A stretch of DNA of 59,281 nt, the filler included. It is 4 parts of 4 records of this genome, joined end to end, with 100 filler letters (N's around TTAATTAATTAA, not from the genome) between each part and the next. Parts side by side here need not be neighbours in the genome. Positions count along the whole stretch, not along the records: positions 45,886 to 59,281 come from SRR20825006_231; 3 more parts are not named here. One strand, 5' to 3'. The translations under genes and the position numbers were made by a program. This document shows, piece by piece, positions 51,771 through 59,281 of this stretch; within the stretch, counting starts at the first letter, position 1; each line of letters opens with the position of its first letter. Under the pieces are notes generated by a model. That model saw only the letters and a program-made list of their open reading frames with translations. It searched no databases and was not told the origin of the DNA.

Positions 51771-52532
51771 TTATTGAATTCCTTTAACAAAAGCATCAAT
51801 GCCTTTAATTCCTTTTTCTTGAATCATTTTGATAAAAGCAGAGCCTATAATTGCTCCTTTGGCATGTGTTGTGGCAGCTTTAAAAGTTTCGGCATTGCTA
51901 ATACCAAAGCCAACAATTTGTGGTGCTTTTAAATTCATATTCGCAATTCTTTCAAAATATTCACTTTGAGCATCCCCAAAATTGCTTTTAGCTCCTGTTA
52001 CACTGGCAGAACTTACCATATAAATAAACCCGTTAGAAACCGAATCTATAAAACGAATCCGTGCTTCTGAGGTTTGCGGTGTAATTAAAAATACATTTAT
52101 GAGTCCGTGTTTTTCAAATATTGCTTGATATTGCTCATGGTAAACATCTACAGGAAGGTCTGGGATAATGAGTCCGTCAATACCAATATCGGAGCATTTC
52201 TGGCAAAAAGCTTCTACACCATATTGTAAAATAGGATTGAAATACCCCATAATAATTAACGGAATGTGGACTGTTTTGCGAATATCTTTTAGTTGTTGAA
52301 AAAGCTTTTCTGTAGTCATTCCGTTTTTAAGTGCCTGCGTAGAGCTTGCTTGTATGGTAGGACCATCTGCCAGCGGATCGGAAAATGGGAGTCCGATTTC
52401 GAGCATGTCAACTCCACTTTCTTGAAGCGCTTCTATAACGGGTACTGTATCTTCTATAGCTGGGTAACCTGCCGTAAAATAGATGGATAACAGTTTTTTA
52501 TTTTCTTCCAGTTTTTTACTGATTCTGTTCAT
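51771..52532 (-). CDS. trpA: Tryptophan synthase alpha
   Basis: GLPFSDPLADGPTIQ, VGFGIS, IIGSA. Confidence 0.97.
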   Translation of the reverse strand: MNRISKKLEENKKLLSIYFTAGYPAIEDTVPVIEALQESGVDMLEIGLPFSDPLADGPTIQASSTQALKNGMTTEKLFQQLKDIRKTVHIPLIIMGYFNPILQYGVEAFCQKCSDIGIDGLIIPDLPVDVYHEQYQAIFEKHGLINVFLITPQTSEARIRFIDSVSNGFIYMVSSASVTGAKSNFGDAQSEYFERIANMNLKAPQIVGFGISNAETFKAATTHAKGAIIGSAFIKMIQEKGIKGIDAFVKGIQ

Positions 52533-52550
52533 TTGTTTCTTATTTGCGTT

Positions 52551-53735
52551 TTACAAATCAAAATAATCAATGTATGTATTTAAATCCTTGTCGCCACGAC
52601 CGGATAAACTAATTACAACAACGTCATTTTGGTTGAATTTTTTATGATTAAATATTGCCAAGGCATGAGAACTTTCAATTGCAGGAATAATTCCTTCTGT
52701 TTTGCATAATTCTAATCCTGCTTTCATAGCATCATTATCGGTTACAGAGAAAAATTCTCCACGACCCGAATTATACAAATGTGCATGCATTGGGCCAACA
52801 CCAGGGTAATCTAATCCTGCCGAAATGGAATAAGGCTCAGTAATTTGCCCATCGGGGGTTTGCATTAATAGGGTTTTACAGCCGTGAATAATGCCTTCTT
52901 TTCCTAAAACTGAAGTAGCAGCACTTTCCCCAGAGTCAATACCTTTTCCAGCGGCTTCTACAGCTATGATACCTACTTTTTCGTCATCTAAAAAATGATA
53001 ATAAGTACCTGCAGCGTTACTTCCTCCACCTATACAAGCTACTACATAATCGGGATTTTGGCGACCTTCTTTTTCTTGTAGCTGCCATTTTATTTCTTCG
53101 GAAATAATGCTTTGAAAGCGTGTTACCATATCTGGATATGGATGTGGACCAATAGCCGATCCAATAATGTAATGCGTATCTACTGGGTTGTTAATCCAAT
53201 CTCGAATAGCCTCGTTGGTGGCGTCTTTAAGAGTGCGACTCCCAGAGAGGGCAGGGCGTACTTCGGCGCCAAGCATTTTCATTCGAGCCACATTTGGAGA
53301 TTGGCGAGCAATATCAATTTCTCCCATATAAACTACACAATCTATACCCATAAGTGCACAAACAGTAGCGGTTGCAACACCGTGTTGTCCAGCGCCTGTT
53401 TCAGCAATAATTCTTTTCTTGCCTAGCTTTTTGGCCATTAATATTTGCCCGATGGTATTGTTTATTTTATGAGCTCCTGTATGGTTAAGGTCTTCCCTTT
53501 TTAAATAAATTTTTGCTCCATGTTTTTCAGACAATCGCTTGGCAAAATATAATGGAGAAGGGCGTCCTACATAATCTTTTAGTAATTGATTGAATTCTTC
53601 CTTGAAAGAATCTTCATTCATAATTGAAAGATATTGCTGACGTAGTTCTTCAACATTTGGATAGAGCATTTCTGGAATATATGCACCTCCAAATTCTCCA
53701 TAATATCCTTTTTCGTTTACATTGTATGTGTCCAT
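52551..53735 (-). CDS. trpB: Tryptophan synthase beta
   Basis: [30 protein letters not shown]. Confidence 0.98.
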   Translation of the reverse strand: MDTYNVNEKGYYGEFGGAYIPEMLYPNVEELRQQYLSIMNEDSFKEEFNQLLKDYVGRPSPLYFAKRLSEKHGAKIYLKREDLNHTGAHKINNTIGQILMAKKLGKKRIIAETGAGQHGVATATVCALMGIDCVVYMGEIDIARQSPNVARMKMLGAEVRPALSGSRTLKDATNEAIRDWINNPVDTHYIIGSAIGPHPYPDMVTRFQSIISEEIKWQLQEKEGRQNPDYVVACIGGGSNAAGTYYHFLDDEKVGIIAVEAAGKGIDSGESAATSVLGKEGIIHGCKTLLMQTPDGQITEPYSISAGLDYPGVGPMHAHLYNSGRGEFFSVTDNDAMKAGLELCKTEGIIPAIESSHALAIFNHKKFNQNDVVVISLSGRGDKDLNTYIDYFDL

Positions 53736-53827
53736 TTTTTTTAGTTGTAAAGTTGAATGTTTTAAAGTTTAAAGTAGGGAGGAAAAGAGTAGTGACTATA
53801 TCTCTTTTAATTTCCTAGTCCCCAATT

Positions 53828-54520
53828 CTATTCTCTAGAAACATTTTTATATCTCGAAATAAAATCTTTTAATTGTGCTGCGTTTTTCAATCCAGGTTCC
53901 ACTTCAAATTTACTATTTACATCAATAGCATGAATTGGGAGATTAGGATTGATATGTTTTATTTTTTCAATGTGTTCTGTACCAATTCCGCCACTTAGAA
54001 AGAACGGTTTTTCTGATGGATAATTTTTTAGTACTTCCCAATTAAAGGTATATCCGTTGCCTCCAGGGAGTTTCCCTTTGGTGTCGAATAAATAATAATC
54101 GGCTATTTTTTCATACGGAGACAAGATTGAAAAATCAAATTCATCTTTAATAGAAAACACTTTTATGATTATTGTTTTATGAGGAAGTTCTTTTTTTAGA
54201 TTTTGACAAAATTCGACCGATTCATCCCCATGTAATTGAACTCCGTTTAAATGATGCTGATTAACTTTTTCAATTATATAATCAATAGTTGCGTTTACAA
54301 AAACACCTATTTTTTTGATGTTTTTTGGTAATTCTGGAATAACGTCCTCATTAAAACGTGCCGATTTTTCATAAAAAATAAACCCGAGATAATCTGGTTG
54401 TAACCCTGCAATAGTTCTGATATTATCTTCATATTTCATTCCACATATTTTGAGACCTATCTCAACGCTTCTATGTGGATGTTTGGGTTTGAGAGTGTTA
54501 TTTGAATCCGATTTGTCCAT
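53828..54520 (-). CDS. trpF: Phosphoribosylanthranilate isomerase
   Basis: LKICG, VQLHGDE, LSGG, DVNSKFE; ~22-aa N-terminal extension. Confidence 0.93.
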   Translation of the reverse strand: MDKSDSNNTLKPKHPHRSVEIGLKICGMKYEDNIRTIAGLQPDYLGFIFYEKSARFNEDVIPELPKNIKKIGVFVNATIDYIIEKVNQHHLNGVQLHGDESVEFCQNLKKELPHKTIIIKVFSIKDEFDFSILSPYEKIADYYLFDTKGKLPGGNGYTFNWEVLKNYPSEKPFFLSGGIGTEHIEKIKHINPNLPIHAIDVNSKFEVEPGLKNAAQLKDFISRYKNVSRE

Positions 54521-54594
54521 TTTTTTGTATCGTTAGAGATAGAATTGAAGGTAATTACTTAACAAATTTACAGCTTTACCAATTTTTTAATTTT

Positions 54595-55380
54595 TCAATC
54601 TTTTAATTTCCCAATAAACTCTTTTGCACTTGCTCCTGGATCTCCAGTTTTCATAAAATTCTCGCCTATTAAGAAGCCTTTGTAGTCAAATTGCTGTAGG
54701 TCTTTTATAGCTTTAATAGAACTAATTCCACTTTCCGACACTTTTACAAAATCGTGAGGAATTTTTTCTGATAAGGTTTTACTGATGTCTAAACTCACCT
54801 CAAAAGTCTTTAAATTCCGATTGTTTACTCCTAACATATCCAGACTCGGCATAATAGATTTCTGTAATTCTTCTTCATTATGGATCTCTAATAATACATC
54901 TAAACCTAAATTTTTAGCTGCTTCAGATAATGATTTTATCTCATTGCGAGTTAAAATAGCTGCTATTAATAAAATTACATCAGCACCAAAAGCTTTAGCT
55001 TCTATTATCTGATATGGGTCGATGATAAATTCTTTTCGTAATAAAGGCATTTGAACAGCGGCTCTAGCCAATAGCAAATCGTCTAAAGAGCCTCCAAAAT
55101 ACTTGCCATCTGTTAAAACCGACATCCCGCATACTCCTGCATCTTCATAACCTTTTGCTACATCTTGTACGTTTAAAGATTGATTGATAACCGATTTTGA
55201 AGGAGAACGACGTTTATGTTCGGCAATAATGCCAGTGTTGCTAGCGCTCAGTTTATTGGCTAAAGAAACACAATCACGCTCAAAGAGCACGCTTGACTCC
55301 AATTGTGAAATAGGAATTAATTCTTTTTTTAAAGCAACTTCATTTCTTTTATCTGCTACTATTTTATCTAGGATGTTCAT
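54595..55380 (-). CDS. trpC: Indole-3-glycerol phosphate synthase
   Basis: IAEHKRRSPSK, SVLTD, LRKEF, GVNNRNL, SESGI. Confidence 0.97.
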   Translation of the reverse strand: MNILDKIVADKRNEVALKKELIPISQLESSVLFERDCVSLANKLSASNTGIIAEHKRRSPSKSVINQSLNVQDVAKGYEDAGVCGMSVLTDGKYFGGSLDDLLLARAAVQMPLLRKEFIIDPYQIIEAKAFGADVILLIAAILTRNEIKSLSEAAKNLGLDVLLEIHNEEELQKSIMPSLDMLGVNNRNLKTFEVSLDISKTLSEKIPHDFVKVSESGISSIKAIKDLQQFDYKGFLIGENFMKTGDPGASAKEFIGKLKD

Positions 55381-55403
55381 TTTTTCTGTTTATAAGATTT
55401 AAT

Positions 55404-55909
55404 GATTGAAGAATTGAAAGATTGAATAATTTGATATAGGCATATTTAACTTTACATTTTAGTTTTTAAATATTTGATGAAATTGGATAGGTTTTGAGAA
55501 ATTTCGATACTTAAATAATAACTTTTTTCAATCTCTAATGGAGATGTTAATTCCAATTCTTTTGCTAAAATCAACATGCTTCTTACTTCTGAACAACTAC
55601 CTTTTGCAATTTTCAAATATTTAATAAATTGTTTGTTGTTTTATATTCAGATCCTTCAGCTATGTTATTAGTTATTGAAATTACAGCTCTTTTTATTTGA
55701 TCTTTGAATCCAAATTCTCTTTCAAAAGGTTTGTTGTTTACTAATTCAAAAATCAATTTAGCTAATAGGATTCCTTTTTTATAGACTTCAAATTCTTCAA
55801 AAGATTTAGTCATAATCTTTAAATTCCTTATACGTTTCCATATTTTAAATAATAGTTTTTTCCGACATCCATCACCTATCAAGTCCTTCAATCTTTCAAT
55901 TCTTCAATC
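55404..55909. mobile_element. IVS-like insert: four-helix-bundle gene bracketed by a perfect 23-bp inverted repeat
   Basis: GATTGAAGAATTGAAAGATTGAA (55404-55426) is the exact reverse complement of 55887-55909; mobility is inferred only. Confidence 0.55.
55452..55813 (-). pseudogene. Four helix bundle protein (23S rRNA IVS-protein family), frameshifted
   Basis: SFEEFEVYKK, FGFKDQIKRAVISITNNIAEG, then after a 1-nt loss at ~55640 NNKQFIKYLKIAKGSCSEVRSML...; total 362 nt. Confidence 0.85.
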
Positions 55910-55958
55910 TTTTAATTTTCTATGTGTTTTCCGCCTCCCAACTCCCATCTTTCAATCC

Positions 55959-56951
55959 TTAAATTGTTAAATCTTTCAATTTCTTAAACGCTTCCATTCC
56001 TTTTCCGCTTAAAAGCGATTCTTTGGCTAGTTCAAAACCTTCAATTGGAGTGAGTTCTTTTACCGTTGCAATGGCCATTCCTGCATTGGCACATACCACA
56101 TTATTTTGTGCTTCTGTACCTTTTCCGCTTAAAACATTCACAAAAATCTTAGCGGAAGCTTCTATAGAATCTCCTCCTGTAATAGCTGCTTGAGCGTGTT
56201 CTTTTACACCAAAATCTTGAGCAGAAAGCATTTGCTCGGTTTGATTACGGATAGCTTTTGCAGGCCCTGTCAGGGAGATTTCATCATAACCATCTAAAGC
56301 ATGTAAAATGGTATAATTCTTATCGGTGTTTTGATATAGATAGCCATACATTCTAGCTAATTCTAAATTGAAAACGCCTACCATTTGATTTTTAGGAAAG
56401 GCTGGGTTTACCATGGGACCGAGCATATTAAAAAAGGTTTTTACAGCCAATTCTTTTCTAATTGGAGCCACATTTTTCATGGCAGGATGGAAAAGGGGCG
56501 CGTGTAAAATACAGATTCCAGCTTTGTCAATAGATTTTTTTAAGAAATCTTGATTGTTTGAAAATTTAATTCCTAAATATTCCATTACATTACTAGAACC
56601 ACATTTAGAAGAAACTCCGTAATTTCCATGTTTAGTAACATGTACTCCAGCGCCAGCTGTAACAAAAGATGCCAATGTTGAGATGTTAAAAGTGTCCTTG
56701 CCATCACCTCCAGTTCCACATAAGTCTATAGCATTGTAATCTTTTAAATCTACAGCTAAGCATAAATCTAAAAGGGCATCTCGGAAACCTTCTAATTCTT
56801 CAATAGTGATGCTTCGCATCATGTAAACGGTCAAAAAAGCCGCAATCTGACTCGTATTGTACGAACCATTCGAAATATTTACTAATACATTTTTAGCTTC
56901 TTCCTTCGATATGGTTTCGTGATTTATAAGTCTGTTTAGTATTTCTTTCAT
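55959..56951 (-). CDS. trpD: Anthranilate phosphoribosyltransferase
   Basis: CGTGGDG..TFNIST, KHGN, GYDEIS. Confidence 0.97.
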   Translation of the reverse strand: MKEILNRLINHETISKEEAKNVLVNISNGSYNTSQIAAFLTVYMMRSITIEELEGFRDALLDLCLAVDLKDYNAIDLCGTGGDGKDTFNISTLASFVTAGAGVHVTKHGNYGVSSKCGSSNVMEYLGIKFSNNQDFLKKSIDKAGICILHAPLFHPAMKNVAPIRKELAVKTFFNMLGPMVNPAFPKNQMVGVFNLELARMYGYLYQNTDKNYTILHALDGYDEISLTGPAKAIRNQTEQMLSAQDFGVKEHAQAAITGGDSIEASAKIFVNVLSGKGTEAQNNVVCANAGMAIATVKELTPIEGFELAKESLLSGKGMEAFKKLKDLTI

Positions 56952-57043
56952 TTTAATAGTATTGAGTTGTTAGTTAAGTGGTTAGTGTTTAAAAAAATCG
57001 ATTTAAATATTTAATCTAACTACTTTGTACTTAATTCTAACAT

Positions 57044-57607
57044 CTATTTAGTAAGCCAATTCTCCAATATTTTTTTACCATCTGGAGTCAAAACCGATTC
57101 AGGATGGTATTGAACTCCGCAGACATCATATTCGGTATGAGTAAGAGACATTACTTGTCCGTTTTTATCATATGAAGTAGCTTTTAAAACGTTGGGCAAA
57201 TTAGGGTCTACTACCCAGCTGTGATACCTTCCTACCTCAATTTCTTTTGGTAAACCTTTATAAATAGGATCTTCTTGGGTGATTTCAATTTTTGTAGCCA
57301 CTCCATGGTAAACTTCATCTATATTAATGAGTTTCCCACCAAATACTTCTCCAATAGCTTGTTGCCCTAGGCAAACCCCAAAAATACTTTTGCTAGGCGC
57401 ATAGGTTTTTATAATTTCTTTTAATAAACCCGCTTCCTCTGGAATTCCAGGGCCTGGAGAGAGGACAATCTTGTCAAAAGGAGCCACGTCTTCTATGGTT
57501 AATTGGTCGTTTCTTCTTACAGTTACTTCGCAACCTAAATCTTCTAAATAGTGCACCAAGTTGTAAGTAAAACTGTCGTAGTTATCTATAACTAATACTT
57601 TTTTCAT
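57044..57607 (-). CDS. trpG: Anthranilate synthase component II
   Basis: IDNYDSFTYNL, SPGPG, GVCLG, HPES. Confidence 0.96.
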   Translation of the reverse strand: MKKVLVIDNYDSFTYNLVHYLEDLGCEVTVRRNDQLTIEDVAPFDKIVLSPGPGIPEEAGLLKEIIKTYAPSKSIFGVCLGQQAIGEVFGGKLINIDEVYHGVATKIEITQEDPIYKGLPKEIEVGRYHSWVVDPNLPNVLKATSYDKNGQVMSLTHTEYDVCGVQYHPESVLTPDGKKILENWLTK

Positions 57608-57686
57608 TTCTATAAGTTTGTAAAATTTTAAAGTTGAAAGTTTTATTGGAAATGGTTTGTTGTTACCATAACCAAAAAACTATCAG

Positions 57687-59087
57687 CTATATATCTTCCG
57701 CCATTTCCATAGCTTTTTTCAAAGCTCCTAATTTGTTATATGTTTCTTGTAATTCGCTTTCTGGTTTTGATTCAGAAACAATCCCTGCGCCAGCTTGATA
57801 GTACAGCTCGTGATTTTTACTTAAAAAAGTACGGATCATAATAGCGTGATTAAAATTCCCTTCAAAATCCATAAAGCCTATTGCTCCTCCATAATAATCT
57901 CGATTGGTAGCTTCATATTTATCAATAAGTTGCATTGCCATATATTTTGGTGCTCCACTTAGAGTTCCTGCGGGAAAGGTATCTGCAACTACTTGCATTG
58001 TTGGAATTTCTTTCTTTTTCTGTCCTGTAACTTTAGAGACTAAATGAATAACATGAGAGAAAAATTGTACTTCTCGATAGGTTTCTACTTCAACTGTATT
58101 TCCATTTCTGCTGAGGTCGTTTCTTGCTAAGTCAACTAACATTACATGTTCACTATTTTCTTTTTCGTCCACCGCCAATTGTTTTGCTAATTCCGCATCT
58201 TTTTCATCGTTTCCAGTACGCTTAAATGTTCCCGCTATTGGATGGATTTCTGCTTTGTTGTCTTTTACAATTAATTGAGCTTCTGGAGAACTTCCGAAAA
58301 TTTTAAAGTTTCCATAGTCAAAATAAAACAGGTAAGGGGAGGGGTTTATGGAGCGTAATGCTCTGTAGACATTAAATTCATCCCCTTTAAATTTTTGTGC
58401 AAATCTGCGACTAAGAACTAATTGAAAAACATCCCCTCTGTGACAATGTTTTTTTGCATTTTCTACTAATTTTTTATAATCGTTATCTTCTAATTTAGAG
58501 GTAGGCTCGCCTACTTTATTAAAATTATAGGAAGCAAAGTTTTTAGCTTGAAGAAGTTGATGGATATCGTCAATATTAGTGTCGCAATCATAACAATGAC
58601 AAAAGATATAGGCTTCATTTTTAAAATGATTGATGGCAATTATATTTTGGTAAACTGCATAATAAATATCAGGAATATTTAAAGAATCTTGTTTTTTAGA
58701 AATTTCAAGATCCTCAAAATATTGAACCCCATCATAAGCAATATAGCCAAAAAGACCGTTGTTTATAAACTTAAAATCGGTTTTATCGGTTTTGAAATGC
58801 TTTGTAAAATCTTCAATAACCGACGGCACATGCACCTCTTTTGTAATTTTTTCTTCTGAAGATTCCCCGTCTGGAAATGTTTTTGAAATAACATTGTTTT
58901 CAACCTTAATTGTAGCAATTGGATTAAAACAGATATAAGAAAAACTGTTATCGTTTGCATGATAATCGCTACTTTCTAGCAGGATACTATTTGGATAGCG
59001 GTCTCGTATTTTTAAGTAAACACTTACAGGAGTAATGGTGTCCGCTAGTATTTGTTTGTAATTAGTTTTTAAATGATATGTTTTCAT
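57687..59087 (-). CDS. trpE: Anthranilate synthase component I
   Basis: LLES, NPSPY, SSPE, EHVMLVDLARND, PAGTLSGAPK. Confidence 0.96.
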   Translation of the reverse strand: MKTYHLKTNYKQILADTITPVSVYLKIRDRYPNSILLESSDYHANDNSFSYICFNPIATIKVENNVISKTFPDGESSEEKITKEVHVPSVIEDFTKHFKTDKTDFKFINNGLFGYIAYDGVQYFEDLEISKKQDSLNIPDIYYAVYQNIIAINHFKNEAYIFCHCYDCDTNIDDIHQLLQAKNFASYNFNKVGEPTSKLEDNDYKKLVENAKKHCHRGDVFQLVLSRRFAQKFKGDEFNVYRALRSINPSPYLFYFDYGNFKIFGSSPEAQLIVKDNKAEIHPIAGTFKRTGNDEKDAELAKQLAVDEKENSEHVMLVDLARNDLSRNGNTVEVETYREVQFFSHVIHLVSKVTGQKKKEIPTMQVVADTFPAGTLSGAPKYMAMQLIDKYEATNRDYYGGAIGFMDFEGNFNHAIMIRTFLSKNHELYYQAGAGIVSESKPESELQETYNKLGALKKAMEMAEDI

Positions 59088-59281
59088 ACGTTTATTTTTA
59101 TTGCTTTTTTAAAAGTCGGATGTAATACCATTAATTATTACATTGTTTGGTTTGATAAAACTGCTAATAGGCATTTCATAACTTTTATTAAATTCCTCAT
59201 TGAGGGTTTTTATCCCCCAGAGCCTGTCCTTAGTTTACCGAATGGCTCTTGGTCGAAATGGATTAAATTATTTTCCTTTAA

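Noticed and set aside
55452-55813. Diversity-generating retroelement (because of the Avd-like fold)
   Set aside because: No reverse transcriptase and no TR/VR pair with adenine-specific mismatches seen.
59088-59281. trp attenuator leader peptide
   Set aside because: The short ORF found (MRNLIKVMKCLLAVLSNQTM) has no Trp codons and no terminator/antiterminator pair; the window ends nearby.
1-59281. CRISPR arrays, rRNA, transposases, integrases, prophage genes
   Set aside because: No repeat-spacer arrays or diagnostic motifs found by inspection.

Overview
This window is not one locus. It is four contigs joined by 100-nt artificial linkers (N44-TTAATTAATTAA-N44 at 6967-7066, 16778-16877 and 45786-45885), so associations across linkers are meaningless. 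Contig 1 (1-6966) is GC-rich and alphaproteobacterial-like: ndh, an azoreductase with a divergent LysR, hyi, an AT-rich orphan gene, glycerate kinase, a FadR regulator and a partial N-formylglutamate amidohydrolase. Contig 2 (7067-16777) is Flavobacteriaceae-like: an accessory block between tRNA-Leu(GAG, partial) and tRNA-Lys(TTT) carrying a T9SS cargo protein, a membrane AraC and a TPR-kinase/response-regulator pair with a candidate sRNA, then aroK, a PyrR-like PRTase, hslR, an FKBP-like lipoprotein and transketolase-C. Contig 3 (16878-45785) is a different Flavobacteriales-like genome: an AAA/VWA pair, a MutS-like protein, a serine hydrolase, sucAB, a Cys-rich BNR lipoprotein, an orphan cassette with a cyclic-phosphate-processing receiver domain, metG, saccharopine dehydrogenase, yebC, sprE, bactofilin and the atp operon. 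Contig 4 (45886-59281) is Flavobacteriaceae-like: a UDG-family gene, TetR-TolC-EmrAB and trpEGDCFBA. Best leads: (1) a four-helix-bundle (IVS/Avd-like) gene inside the trp operon enclosed by a perfect 23-bp inverted repeat made of octamer units, with ORF-less periodic remnants in other trp spacers; (2) a structured ~83-nt terminator-ended RNA candidate with a palindromic operator downstream of the TPR two-component system. Taxonomy and family calls come from motif recognition, not database searches.
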